The notes beneath the pieces were generated by a model. That model searched no databases, was not told where the DNA came from, and saw nothing but the letters and a program-made list of their open reading frames with translations. The position numbers and the translations under genes are program-made. From Candidatus Eiseniibacteriota bacterium (GTDB lineage Bacteria > Eisenbacteria > RBG-16-71-46), in contig CAVSAC010000019.1 in the NCBI GenBank assembly GCA_963725865.1, positions 32,001 to 96,000 of the forward strand: a DNA stretch of 64,000 nucleotides, read 5' to 3'. Of this stretch, positions 1-10,546 are shown piece by piece. Each line of letters starts with the position of its first letter. The stretch's first letter is position 1.

Positions 1-118
1 GCCCGCAGCTTACCGCCGGATCACCGCCGCGCGAGTCAGGAATCCGCGAACTCTGCGCCGCCGTCCTCCAGTTCGATGGCGCGTGACGGTCACTCGCGGT
101 GAACTCCGGCGCGCCCGT

Positions 119-3100
119 CTACAGCCGCGTCTCCGCCAGCTTGCGGTTCAGCTGGAGCACCCGCACGTCGGGGTCCACGACCACCCTCTCGGGCTGGAAC
201 GCGCAGCGGATCGTGAGGGTCCGGGACTCACCGGCGCCGAGCGTCACCGCGCCCCGCGCCTCGCGGTAGGCGGCGTCCTGGACCGAGGGCGCGACGGCGG
301 CGCCGGGCTTGGCCTTGACCCAGCGCTCCCCGGCGGTCACGGCGATCTCCACCGGCATGCGGCCGGTGCCGGTGTTGGTCACCGTCAGGGTGACGTCCGC
401 GCCCGCCCCGCGCTTCGACTTCGTCGCGCGGGTGATGCGGTACTGCGGCATCGCCCGGTCCTCGAACCACTGCTTCACGAACGCGTCGTAGGCGGTCGTG
501 TCGGAGGCATAGGGCCGCAGCGCGGCGACGAGGTCCTGCAGCGCCGGGTGGTCGCGGCTCACGCTCCAGGTGCGGACGAACTCGCGATAGCCCGCGAGCG
601 CGCGCTCGTGTCCCAGGTAGTCGTAGAGCATCCAGAACACCCAGCCGCCGCGATCGTACGTGGCGGTCTCGTCCGAGCGGTGCGAGCCGTCGATGTCGTA
701 CATGGCCCGCTCGTCGTCGGGCCGGCGGCGGTCGTTGTAGCGCTTCTCGATCCCCTTCGCGAACTCCATGCGGCCGCGCGGCCCGCGCACCTGCTCGAAC
801 AACAGCAGCGTCGAGAAGTGCGCCATTCCCTCGGACAGGAAGTCACCCCCGGGCCCGTTGGCCGGCGTGAGGATGTTGCCCCACCACTGATGGGCGGCCT
901 CGTGCGCGGTGACCAGGAACGTCGCGTCGGTCTTCGCGTCGTTGCGGGTGAGGAAGCCGATGTTCTCGCTGAACGTGATGTTGGTGCCGAATCCCTGCGC
1001 GTACCCGGCCAGCCCCGGGAATTCCGAGAGCTTCAGCTCGCGCCACGGGTACGGCATGAACCACTCGGAGTACCAGCGACGCGACGCATCGAGCGCCTCG
1101 GACATCTCGCGGACGTTGTAGGGATGCTGGCTGGCGTAGTAGATCGTGGTGCCGTGGCCCGGCTGCACCTTCCAGCGGCCGCCCACGATGTTGAGGATCT
1201 TGACCGGATGGTCGGTCACCCATACCTGCGTGCGCCACCCGTCGCGCACCGAGTCCCGCGTGCACACGCCGACCGAGTTCAGCGTGTACTCCCGCGGCGC
1301 GGTGATCGTGATCTGCGCCGGGAACCATGCCGTCGCGCCGAAGCCGGCGCGCGTGATGCCCTTCCAGTAGTCGCGCGAGAAGCGGCGCGTGTCGGTGCGG
1401 TTGTCCTTGTCGACGCCGACGCCGTCCATGAATCCGATCACCGGCATGAACGAGGGTGTGAAGCCCGTCAGCACGACGCCCGACGGCAGGATGAACTCCT
1501 CGGTGTTGCCGCCGTTCTTGGTCACGCCGTCCGGGAAGCGGCCGTCCCACGTCCAGCCGATGACCACGCTGTCGCCCTTCGCGAGCGGCCGCGGCGGAGT
1601 GAAGACGTAGAGGTGCTTCTCGTCGGCGGGCACGTACGGCCGGCCGTCCAGAGTCCACGCCAGGTGGTTCCAGTGCCGGGCGCCGGTCAGCGGGATCTGC
1701 GCGAGGGTCGTGTCGAGCCCGTTCACGAGCGTGAACGCACCCTGGCTCCGGATCGCGTGACGCGCCGGATCGAGTCGCACGGCGATCACGGCGCGGCCGA
1801 TGTCGGGCAGCGGTGCATCGAGCCACGTCTTGAGGTTGCGCGCCCAGTAGTCCTTCTCGGCCTTCTTCGCCACCCCGCCCCCGATGCCGCGGTCGACCAG
1901 GAACACCAGCGCGGTCCACGCCACCAGCGGCACCAGCGCGTAGATCGCGAGCCGCCCGGCGGTGCGCACGAGCTGGCCGGGCGCCAGCCGGTGCATGATG
2001 CGCACCGGATCCGCGCCGCGCCGGCCGAACAGCCGCACCGCGAGCATGGTGAAGAACACGGCGCTGCCGAGCAGCAGAATGCGATTGAGCGCGAGCGCCA
2101 CGCGATCGGTCTCGAAGAACCCGAGGTCGCTCCAGCGCAGCACCCCCCACAGCGGCCAGTTCCCCGCCCAGGTGAGCTTGCCCGTGAAGGCGCGGAATCC
2201 GGTCCAGATGATGAACGCCAGGCTGAGGGCGTACGCGGCGTAGCGATTGCCCACCCACGCGTAGATCGCCGTGACGAACGCGGTCCAGGCGAGGAACGTC
2301 GGCACCAGCAGCAGGCCCCACACCAGCAGGTAGGGCGTGAGCGAGAACGCGACCGTGTGCTGGATCACCAGCGCGATCGCGCAGGCGATCAGCGCCGCGA
2401 GCAGGATCACCAGCCCCACGACGCTGTTCGCCAGCGCCTTGCCGAACAGGAACGAGGCGGTGCGCATCGGAGTGGCGTAGAGGATCGGCGCCAGGCCGGT
2501 GACGCGCTCGCGCTCGAGCGACTCCACGGTGTAGAACAGCAGCAGCAGGCACACCAGCGTGGAGACCTGGCTCGCGACCGCGACCGCGGTGCTCCCCGGC
2601 GTCAGCAGCAGCGGCGTGTCGAACGCCCCGGTCGCGAGCAGCACGTTCCCGATCACCTGCAGCAGGATCAGCGGCACGAAGATGTACAGGCCCGCCTGCC
2701 CGCGCAGCTCGCGCAGCTCGGCGCGCGCCACCGCGACGACGTTCGCGAGCGCGCCCACCGGGCGCGAGCGCATGCGGAGCGCGGCCACCGCCGGCGCCTC
2801 GAGCGCCGCGCCATCCGCCGGGACCTCCGCCGCAGCCGACGCTCGCGCGGCCCGCGTCGCGGCGCCCGAGGCCACCGCGCCCCGCAGCGACTTCGCCACC
2901 GCGCGCTGCGTCAGCAGGACCGCGCCCACCCCGCCCACGAGCAGCCACAGCCGATTGAGCCAGAACACCAGGTCGTACGGCACCGGCTGCGTGTTGTAGA
3001 ACGTGACTCCGCGGTCCACCTTGAGATGGGTCTCGTTGAGCCAGCGGTAGCCGGTGGGCTCGAGCGCCTGCAGGATGCGGTTCACGCGCAGGTCGAGCCA

Positions 3101-3730
3101 CGAGGGCGCCCAGTCCCACAGGAAGAATCCGCACACCAGCATGGCGGCCACCGGCAGCACGAACACCAGCACCGCGCTGCGCGAGCGCTCGCCGACCAGC
3201 ATCGAGAGACCGGTGAAGAACACCACGAACGGCAGTCCGATGGTGGCGATCGGGACGAGGTAGTGCGCGAGCGCGAACGGCCCGCGGATCTCGTGGGCGT
3301 TCGCGTTCGGGACCACGTGGTTGAAGAACGCGGTCGTCGCCATCTGCCAGAGCATCATCACCGCGAACCCGCCGACCACGGCGAAGAACCGGCCCCAGAC
3401 GTACTCGCCCGGGGTGAGCGGCGTGGAGTGCAGCAGCACGTCCACCTGCGTCTCGCGGTCGCGCAGCAGCGTGAGCCCCGCCGCGGACGCGATGAAGAAC
3501 GCGTAGTAGAGCAGCACCAGGTAGCTCATCGTCTGCGTCTGGGCGAACTCCGACGTGATCCAGGCCTTGGTGCCGCCCACCGAGCTGTCGCCCGAGCTGA
3601 TCTGCAGCGAGCCGGTCGAGAGTCCCCAGGCGCTGAGCACCAGGATCAGCCCGAGCGCGATGAACAACGGCCGGCGGAACGCGTGGCCGAACTCCACGTC
3701 GAACGAGGCGCCGAGGCGTCGCAGGTTCAT
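119..3730 (-). CDS. ABC-2 type permease fused to a C-terminal M1-family (gluzincin) aminopeptidase
   Basis: Two blocks of multi-TM ABC-2 permease-like sequence, then a soluble domain with HEAAH-x18-E (HEAAHQWW...FLSEG) and YDRG; follows the ABC ATPase gene. Confidence 0.88.
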   Translation of the reverse strand: MNLRRLGASFDVEFGHAFRRPLFIALGLILVLSAWGLSTGSLQISSGDSSVGGTKAWITSEFAQTQTMSYLVLLYYAFFIASAAGLTLLRDRETQVDVLLHSTPLTPGEYVWGRFFAVVGGFAVMMLWQMATTAFFNHVVPNANAHEIRGPFALAHYLVPIATIGLPFVVFFTGLSMLVGERSRSAVLVFVLPVAAMLVCGFFLWDWAPSWLDLRVNRILQALEPTGYRWLNETHLKVDRGVTFYNTQPVPYDLVFWLNRLWLLVGGVGAVLLTQRAVAKSLRGAVASGAATRAARASAAAEVPADGAALEAPAVAALRMRSRPVGALANVVAVARAELRELRGQAGLYIFVPLILLQVIGNVLLATGAFDTPLLLTPGSTAVAVASQVSTLVCLLLLFYTVESLERERVTGLAPILYATPMRTASFLFGKALANSVVGLVILLAALIACAIALVIQHTVAFSLTPYLLVWGLLLVPTFLAWTAFVTAIYAWVGNRYAAYALSLAFIIWTGFRAFTGKLTWAGNWPLWGVLRWSDLGFFETDRVALALNRILLLGSAVFFTMLAVRLFGRRGADPVRIMHRLAPGQLVRTAGRLAIYALVPLVAWTALVFLVDRGIGGGVAKKAEKDYWARNLKTWLDAPLPDIGRAVIAVRLDPARHAIRSQGAFTLVNGLDTTLAQIPLTGARHWNHLAWTLDGRPYVPADEKHLYVFTPPRPLAKGDSVVIGWTWDGRFPDGVTKNGGNTEEFILPSGVVLTGFTPSFMPVIGFMDGVGVDKDNRTDTRRFSRDYWKGITRAGFGATAWFPAQITITAPREYTLNSVGVCTRDSVRDGWRTQVWVTDHPVKILNIVGGRWKVQPGHGTTIYYASQHPYNVREMSEALDASRRWYSEWFMPYPWRELKLSEFPGLAGYAQGFGTNITFSENIGFLTRNDAKTDATFLVTAHEAAHQWWGNILTPANGPGGDFLSEGMAHFSTLLLFEQVRGPRGRMEFAKGIEKRYNDRRRPDDERAMYDIDGSHRSDETATYDRGGWVFWMLYDYLGHERALAGYREFVRTWSVSRDHPALQDLVAALRPYASDTTAYDAFVKQWFEDRAMPQYRITRATKSKRGAGADVTLTVTNTGTGRMPVEIAVTAGERWVKAKPGAAVAPSVQDAAYREARGAVTLGAGESRTLTIRCAFQPERVVVDPDVRVLQLNRKLAETRL

Positions 3731-3734
3731 CGCG

Positions 3735-4670
3735 TCACCTGGCCGACGCGACGGCGACCGGCAGCGGCGACACCGCGGCGACTCCCTCGTGCCCGGGCAG
3801 CGCGCCGAGTCGCATCAGCACCAGGTACGAGTCCTCGAGCGTGGCGGTGACCGGCGCGAATCCCGGCGGCGGGGCTCCGCTCGGCTCGTGGATGCGAGCG
3901 CGATTGCGGCCCTCGACCAGCAGCGCCTGCGTGACCATGCGCTCGGCGCGCAGCCGCGGCAGGTCCTCCACGCTGACCGTGCCCTCGAAGATGCGGCCGT
4001 CGATCGCCGCGCGCGCCTCGACCGGCGTCGTGAGCGCGATCAGCCGGCCGCCGCGGATCACCGCGAAGCGCGGACAAAGCACCGCGACGTCCTCCACGAT
4101 GTGGGTCGAGAGCACCACGATGCGATCCACCGCCAGCTCCGAGAGCAGCCGGTAGAAGCGCAGGCGCTCCTCGGGATCGAGGCCCGCCGTCGGCTCGTCG
4201 ACGATGATCAGGCGCGGGTCGCCCGCGATCGCCTGGGCGATGCCGAGCCGCTGGCGCATGCCGCCGGAATAGCTCTTCACCGGCCGCTTCGCCGCGAAGG
4301 AGAGGTTCACCCGCTCGAGCAGGTCGGCGACCAGCTGCTTGCGGCCCTGCGGCGCCTCGACGCCCTTGAGCACCAGCAGGTGGTCGAGCATCGCCGCGCC
4401 GCTCAGGTGCGGGTAGAAACCGAACTCCTGGGGCAGGTAGCCGAGTCGCGGCCACAGCGAACCGGGATCGTCGAGGATGTCCGCGCCGTCGAGCGTGACC
4501 GTCCCCGCGGTGGGTTCGAGCAGCCCTGCGACGATCTTCATGAATGTCGACTTGCCGGCGCCATTGGGGCCCAGCAGCCCGAACATGCCGGGCGGCACGT
4601 CGAGGTCGACGCCGTTCAGCGCGGTCACGGGACCGGGGTAGACCTTGACCAGGCCTCGGACACTCAGCAT
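3735..4670 (-). CDS. ABC transporter ATP-binding protein
   Basis: Walker A GPNGAGKST, signature YSGGMRQR, Walker B IIVDEP, H-loop STH; ATG at 4670 after SD GGAGGAG. Confidence 0.95.
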   Translation of the reverse strand: MLSVRGLVKVYPGPVTALNGVDLDVPPGMFGLLGPNGAGKSTFMKIVAGLLEPTAGTVTLDGADILDDPGSLWPRLGYLPQEFGFYPHLSGAAMLDHLLVLKGVEAPQGRKQLVADLLERVNLSFAAKRPVKSYSGGMRQRLGIAQAIAGDPRLIIVDEPTAGLDPEERLRFYRLLSELAVDRIVVLSTHIVEDVAVLCPRFAVIRGGRLIALTTPVEARAAIDGRIFEGTVSVEDLPRLRAERMVTQALLVEGRNRARIHEPSGAPPPGFAPVTATLEDSYLVLMRLGALPGHEGVAAVSPLPVAVASAR

Positions 4671-4770
4671 GGACTCCTCCTGGGGTGCGGCACCGGCGGA
4701 GAGCGATGGGACGCACGGCACCTGGGGGCGCGCCGAGCCCGACTCGCGCGCGACGGCGGACAGAGTGCCA

Positions 4771-4797
4771 TACGACGGGCGCGAGTGGGAGGTTGCA
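4771..4797 (-). promoter_or_regulatory. Putative ECF sigma promoter TGCAAC-N17-CGTA
   Basis: Matches the ECF AAC...CGT pattern ~100 nt upstream of the ABC ATPase start; same motif recurs at 21721 and 50897. Confidence 0.55.
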
Positions 4798-4845
4798 GCG
4801 TGGGAGCCCGCGCGCGATCGGGGGCCGGAACGCGCGCGGCGCCAT

Positions 4846-5103
4846 TCAGCCCGCGTGCCGAAAGCGCAACTTTCCCACCAGCACGGCGCCCGCGAGCACG
4901 AACGTCGCCCCGTTGGCGAGCACCACCGGCTGGGCGTGGAGCCGCACGCCGTAGACGACCCACGCGAGCACGCCCACCATGAAGATCAGGTACATCGCCA
5001 GCGAGATGTCGTCCGCGGACCGGGTGCGCCACACGTGGATCACCTGCGGAAGGAACGCGAGCGTAGTGCACGTCGCGGCGAGGTAGCCGATGGGTTCGGT
5101 CAC
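4846..5103 (-). CDS. SemiSWEET (PQ-loop) sugar transporter
   Basis: 85 aa, three TM helices, TTLAFLPQV, DIS and VVLAN motifs. Confidence 0.92.
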   Translation of the reverse strand: MTEPIGYLAATCTTLAFLPQVIHVWRTRSADDISLAMYLIFMVGVLAWVVYGVRLHAQPVVLANGATFVLAGAVLVGKLRFRHAG

Positions 5104-5272
5104 GGGACTCTCCAGCGCACGTCGGGCGCGTGGCCGCGCGCGCGATCATCCGACCGCGGCGCGGCCCATGGGCCCAGCATAGTGGCTCGCCCCGCGGGGC
5201 GTCACTCGCGAGGGCCGCGCGCCGCGCGGGCGCAGCGTGGGGAGTCGCGTCGGTGCTACCCTCGCCGCGTCC

Positions 5273-6260
5273 ATGTCGACCGTCGCGGTATTCCTCGAGA
5301 ACCGACCGTTCTTCGGCGCCCTGCTGGTCCACGTGCCGCTGCTGCACGCGCTGCGCCACCGTCACCCCGGCGCCCGCATCGTGCTGCTCGCACCGTTCCC
5401 GCAGGCCGAGCTGCTCGTCCGGCTCGGCTGCGCCGACGAGGCGCGCGAGTATGAGCACGGCATCGGCGCGGTGCGCGGGCACCTGAGGGCGCTGCACCCC
5501 GAGACCATCCTGGCGCTGCGCCCGGCGTCCCAGTGGCTCGATCTCGCCGTGGGCACCAGCGGGGCCGCGACCCGGCTCGGATTCCGTTCGCCGCTCGCGC
5601 GGCTGCTCCACACCCGCACGGTGCCGCACGACACCTCGGTCTATCGCGCGCGGAAGTACCTCACGATGATCCTCGACCGCGAGGCGGCGCTGGCGGCGCC
5701 GCTCGACGAGTGGTTCCGCGCCGAGGCGCGGCGCTCCGGCGGCGCCGCCACGCCGCGGGCGCGCACCCTCGCCGTGCTCCCGGGCGGGGGCGCCGGCGCG
5801 TTCAAGCTGTGGGGGATCGAGCGTTTCCTCGCCCTGTGCGAGCACCTCGCGGCCCGCGACGGGTCGCTGCGCTTCGCGTTCGTGCTCGGTCCGCAGGAGG
5901 CCGCACTGGCGCGCGCCGGTGCTGGCCTCGGCCATCGCGGCGCGCGCGGAGCTGCTGATGGACCGTCCGGTCGCGGAACTGGCGGCGGCCGCGTTCGGCG
6001 CGATCGGCGCGGTCGGCAACGACTGCGGCCCCGGACACGTGTTCCAGATGTGCGGCTGCCCGTTCGCGTGCGTGATGAGCGACCACGACGGGCAGGCGCG
6101 CGCGCGCATCGCGGAGTGGATCGACACCCCGAACCTGCCCCACGCGGTCGCGTCCGAGCCCGGCCGGGCGATCGACACGGTGCCGGTCGACCACGTGGCG
6201 CGCGCGGTCCAGGAGATGCTGGACCGCACGGCGGCGCCCGGGCCGCCCGCGCTCAGCTGA
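5273..6260 (+). pseudogene. Glycosyltransferase family 9 (heptosyltransferase-like), frameshifted near 5900-5910 (probably a sequence error)
   Basis: N-half (FFGALL..., PGGGAGAFKLWG, LGPQE) and C-half (VGNDCGPGH) lie in different frames. Confidence 0.75.
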
Positions 6261-6696
6261 GGGTGCGCTCTCCCATGATGTACTCGGTGAGGTAGCGGAC
6301 CTCGACGGCCCGCTCGCTCGCCATGCACTTCACCAGGTCGCCGATCGAGATCATGCCCACGAGGCCGCCTTCGTTCACCACCGGCAGGTGGCGGATGCGC
6401 TCCTGGCTCATGATGCGCATGCACTCCGTGACGTCCTGGTGGGTCTCGACGCACACCAGCCGCTCGGTCATCACCTCGCTGACGTAGGTCGTGCGGGGGT
6501 GGCGATCCTGCAGCGTCACGCGCCGCAGGTAGTCGCGCTCGGTGAAGATCCCCAGCACGCGGTCCCCTTCGCGCACCATCAGGGAGCCCACGTTGCAGGC
6601 GACCATCTTGGCGATCGCCTCGTAGACCGTCGCTCCGGGGTCGATGGCGTGAACGTGTGGACCCTTGGTGATGAGGATGTCGGAGACACGGGCCAT
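6253..6696 (-). CDS. CBS domain-pair protein
   Basis: Two CBS repeats: GSLMV...GIFTERD and IRHLPVV...GMISIGD. Confidence 0.92.
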   Translation of the reverse strand: MARVSDILITKGPHVHAIDPGATVYEAIAKMVACNVGSLMVREGDRVLGIFTERDYLRRVTLQDRHPRTTYVSEVMTERLVCVETHQDVTECMRIMSQERIRHLPVVNEGGLVGMISIGDLVKCMASERAVEVRYLTEYIMGERTLS

Positions 6697-7064
6697 GACA
6701 GGCTCCTCCGGACGAGGCGCACGCGCCGGAACGACCTGCGGCCCAGGCGTCCCCGTCGCGCACGGCTCGCGGTTGCACGTCCAGGGGCCGGGGTGGGTAC
6801 CCGGCTGACGGCCCCGCGGGCGCGTTCGAGGCTCGTGTGAGTCTCCGCCCGAGTCCCGGGATCAGCAATGGAAAAGGTGGGTGTTCAGCGCTCCTGATCG
6901 GGCCGCGTCCGCTGCGGAGGCGATTCGCACGATCGGCTGCGGGAGCGCGCCCGCCGCAGCCGCCGCGCTCGGCGTGCCCGGGGCGCCGGGCGCGGGGGCA
7001 TTCGTGCCGAGGGCCGCCCCGGTGCCGGGACGGCCCTCCGTCGGCGCTCCTCGTCAGTCCGACC

Positions 7065-10000
7065 TCAGCGCGGCAGCGCCTGCTCCTCGTGCTGCTCGGC
7101 CTCCCACCAGAACGCACCGCGCGCGCGCTGGCGCGGCGCGATCTCGTTCATCGTGGCGGCGTCGTAGAGGCGCCCGTTCACCATCACCATGCCGACGCTG
7201 TTGGTGTTGCGGATGTCCGCGAGCGGGTCCTTGTCCATCACCACCAGATCGGCGAGCTTGCCCGGCTCGAGCGAGCCGAGGTCGCGGTCGTAGCCCAGGT
7301 AGCGCGCGCCCCCGAGCGAGGCGCAGCGCAGCGCCTCGTGGGGCGACATCCCGCCCTGCACCAGGCTCCAGATCTCCCAGTGCGCGCCGAGGCCCTCGCG
7401 CTGGCCATGGGCTCCGATCTGCACGCCGACGCCGGCGCGGTGCAGCTTCGCGGCCTCCTCGGCCACCGTGATGTGATTCCACTCGCCGTCCGGGGCGGTC
7501 ACCGGTCGCCGCGCGCGGGCGTCGAGGATGCGACGGGGCACGAACGACTGCAGGCGCTGATCCGCCCACACCGGCGTCTTCGCGTACCAGTAGTGCTCAC
7601 CATCGAGCCCGCCGTACGCCACGTTGAACGTGGGCGTGTAGCCGACCTTGGTCTGGCTCCACAGCTGCACCACGTCGTCGTACACCCGCGCGATCGGCAG
7701 CGCGTGCTCGACGCCGGTATGGCCGTCGATCACCATCGTCATGTTGTGCGGGAACAGCGCGCCGCCCTCGGGGACGACGTTCATGTGGATCTCGCGCGCC
7801 GCCTCCAGCACCTGCTGGCGCTGGTCGCGGCGCGGCTGGTTGTAACTCTTCACGCTCGTGGCACCGTAGGCCTGCATGCGGTGCAGGTGCATGAGCGCGT
7901 CCGCCAGGCTGTCGACGTCGGCGCGGAAGTCGCCCTTGGCTCCGTACAGGATGGTGCCGGTCGAGAAGATGCGCGGCGCGACGATCTGCCCCGCGCGCTG
8001 CAGCTCGCCCTGCGTGAAGATCTCGCCGGAGTCGTTCGACGGATCGTGCAGCGTGGTCACGCCGAACGCGAGCGACGCGTAGTCGATCCACGAGCGCTGC
8101 GGCACCAGCTGTTCGGCCCCCATCGAGCCGTGCCAGTGCGCGTCGACGAACCCGGGCACGATGGTCTTGCCCGTGACGTCGATCACCTGGGCGCCCGCCG
8201 GCACCGTGACGCTCGCGCGCGGGCCGATCGCGGTGATGCGGCCGCCGAGGGTGACGACGACGCCGTCGTCGATGATCTCGTCGCCCTTCATCGTGACGAT
8301 GCGCGCGCCCCGCAGCGCGACCGCGCCGCTCGGCTTGTCGAGCGGATACGAGAAGCTCACGTCCTGGTGGCGGGCCGGCGAGTCGGCGAGCGAGTCCGGT
8401 GCCCCGGGCACGAACGTGAACAGCTCGGTCAGGTCGCGCGTGAAGAGCTCGGGACCCAGCGACCAGTGCAGCGTCCGCGAGTCGCCCGACCAGCCGAGGA
8501 AGTCCCCGGCCTCCTTCGAGACCAGCCGCACGGGGACGGTGCGGACCGCGGGCCCGATGTCGATCGGACTGCCGGTGCGCGTGAACGGCGCCACCCACAT
8601 CTTGTACTTCTCGCGGAACGCGATCCACTTCTCGTCCGGCGACAGGCGCGCCTCGGTGAAGTACACCCCCTTGAGATGGGTGTGCGGATCGGCCCCGTCG
8701 AGCTTGACGCTGAACAACGTGCGCTCGTCCTGGTCCGCGCCCTCGATGTCGACCAGGTACACGCGGTCGCTGGCGGCCCCGAAGTGCGGCCACTGCCCGC
8801 TGCGGGTGATCAGCGTCGAGGCCCCGCCCGCCGCGGCCACCCGGAAGATGCCGTAGTCGCGCGACCACGCGGTCGAGAACAGGTAGCCGCCGGCGATCGC
8901 GCGGTAGACGATCGTGGCGCCATCGGGCGAGAACGCCGGCTCCACGTAGTGCCCGGGCTGCCGCGTCACCACCCGGCCGGCGCCGCCGCCGGCGGGCACC
9001 ACGCGGACCGCGCCGAGCTGGTCGTCGTCCCAGCTCACGTAGACGATCGACTTCCCGTCGCGCGACCATGCCGGATAGAACTCCCAGTGGTCGTTTTGCG
9101 TCGTCAGGCGGTGCGGCGCGCCGCTCGGCAGCGCACGCATCCACAGGTGGCCGAGCGCCGAGTACACGACCCGGTCGCCCTGCGGCGAGACGGTGACCCA
9201 GCGCAGCATGCGCGCGCGCAGGGAGTCGGGCGCGACCTCGACCGGGAAGCGGACCGCCTCGGTCACCCGCCGCGTGTCGCTCACGTGGAACGGGATCTCG
9301 GTCACGGCGCGGGTCGCCGCGTCGATGCGGTGGATCCCGCCGTGGGACCAGAACACGACCGACTTCGAGTCCGGCGTCCACGACATCCCGGGATACACGC
9401 CGTGGACCGCCCAGATCTCCTGCAGGTCGCGGTCGAGTTGGGCGTACAGCGGGTGCTCCACGCCGGAGGCCACGTCGACCACGTGCAGCACGCTCTGGCC
9501 GCGCACTCGGCGGATGAACGCCACGCTCTTCCCGTCGGGCGAGGGCGTGGGGCGGATCGCGCCGCCGGGCCCGCCGAGGAACGTGAGGATCTCGCCGCTC
9601 TCGCGGTCGAGGCGCTGGATCGCGTAGATCTGGGTGTTGGAGTCCTTGTTGTACTCGAACGTGCGGCCGGGCGTGGCGTCCAGGCTCCAGTAGAGGTACT
9701 TCCCGTCGGGAGAAAACGCCGGCTCGCCCTCGTCCTTCTGGTCGGTGCGGCGCTTGGTCATCTGCATCCCGTCGCCACCTCCCGCCCAGTGGTAGAGCCA
9801 GATCTCGCCCGCCCCGGCCGAGCGCGTCGACGTGAAGTGCTTGCGCGCCGCGATGAATCGGCCATCGGGCGTCCACGTCGGGCTGTTGAGCAGCCGATAG
9901 CTCTCCTTGGTCACCTGGCGCGGGTGCGAGCCGTCGCGGTCGATGACCCAGATGTTGTCGCCGCCCGCGCGATCGCTGGTGAACGCGATGTGGGCGCCGT

Positions 10001-10400
10001 CGGGGCTGAAGCGCGGCTGCTCGTCCCACGCCATGCCGTGGGTGATCGCCTTCGCTTCGCCGCCCGTGCTCGGGATCACGTAGAGGTCGCCGAGCAGGTC
10101 GAACACGAGCTGCTTGCCGTCGGGGCTGACGTCCACGCTCATCCACGTGCCGCTGCGCACGTCGAGCGTCGCGTCGTGATGCGGGCCCGGCGGGTCGTTC
10201 ACGTCCCACTTGGCGTCCGGCGAGACCGTCGGAGCGTTGGCGCCGCTCGCGGCCGGCAGGATCGCCGACGGCCCGAGCGCCTCGGGGGGGCCGTCGTCCG
10301 GGTCTCCGCTGCCGGCGAGCGCGAGGGCGGGGAACGCGAGCAGGGCGAGCAGGATCGCGAACCGCAGTCGAGGATGGAGCGGGCGAGTGGAGCGCTTCAT
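7065..10400 (-). CDS. Secreted amidohydrolase with N-terminal TolB/PD40 beta-propeller repeats
   Basis: Signal peptide, repeated (F/W)SPDG motifs, PGFVDAHWH metal motif, GSLEPGKLADL; start taken at MKRSTRP. Confidence 0.9.
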   Translation of the reverse strand: MKRSTRPLHPRLRFAILLALLAFPALALAGSGDPDDGPPEALGPSAILPAASGANAPTVSPDAKWDVNDPPGPHHDATLDVRSGTWMSVDVSPDGKQLVFDLLGDLYVIPSTGGEAKAITHGMAWDEQPRFSPDGAHIAFTSDRAGGDNIWVIDRDGSHPRQVTKESYRLLNSPTWTPDGRFIAARKHFTSTRSAGAGEIWLYHWAGGGDGMQMTKRRTDQKDEGEPAFSPDGKYLYWSLDATPGRTFEYNKDSNTQIYAIQRLDRESGEILTFLGGPGGAIRPTPSPDGKSVAFIRRVRGQSVLHVVDVASGVEHPLYAQLDRDLQEIWAVHGVYPGMSWTPDSKSVVFWSHGGIHRIDAATRAVTEIPFHVSDTRRVTEAVRFPVEVAPDSLRARMLRWVTVSPQGDRVVYSALGHLWMRALPSGAPHRLTTQNDHWEFYPAWSRDGKSIVYVSWDDDQLGAVRVVPAGGGAGRVVTRQPGHYVEPAFSPDGATIVYRAIAGGYLFSTAWSRDYGIFRVAAAGGASTLITRSGQWPHFGAASDRVYLVDIEGADQDERTLFSVKLDGADPHTHLKGVYFTEARLSPDEKWIAFREKYKMWVAPFTRTGSPIDIGPAVRTVPVRLVSKEAGDFLGWSGDSRTLHWSLGPELFTRDLTELFTFVPGAPDSLADSPARHQDVSFSYPLDKPSGAVALRGARIVTMKGDEIIDDGVVVTLGGRITAIGPRASVTVPAGAQVIDVTGKTIVPGFVDAHWHGSMGAEQLVPQRSWIDYASLAFGVTTLHDPSNDSGEIFTQGELQRAGQIVAPRIFSTGTILYGAKGDFRADVDSLADALMHLHRMQAYGATSVKSYNQPRRDQRQQVLEAAREIHMNVVPEGGALFPHNMTMVIDGHTGVEHALPIARVYDDVVQLWSQTKVGYTPTFNVAYGGLDGEHYWYAKTPVWADQRLQSFVPRRILDARARRPVTAPDGEWNHITVAEEAAKLHRAGVGVQIGAHGQREGLGAHWEIWSLVQGGMSPHEALRCASLGGARYLGYDRDLGSLEPGKLADLVVMDKDPLADIRNTNSVGMVMVNGRLYDAATMNEIAPRQRARGAFWWEAEQHEEQALPR

Positions 10401-10546
10401 GGGGGCACCTCGGGTTGGACCAACGTGGCGTCCATGGGGATCGCGGACGATACACGAACGCGTCGGTCCGTTGGCGGCCCCGCGCGCCGGCGGCGGACGG
10501 ACGCGCCCAGATCGGGGACGAACGCGCCCGCGCGCGGTGTCCGCCC

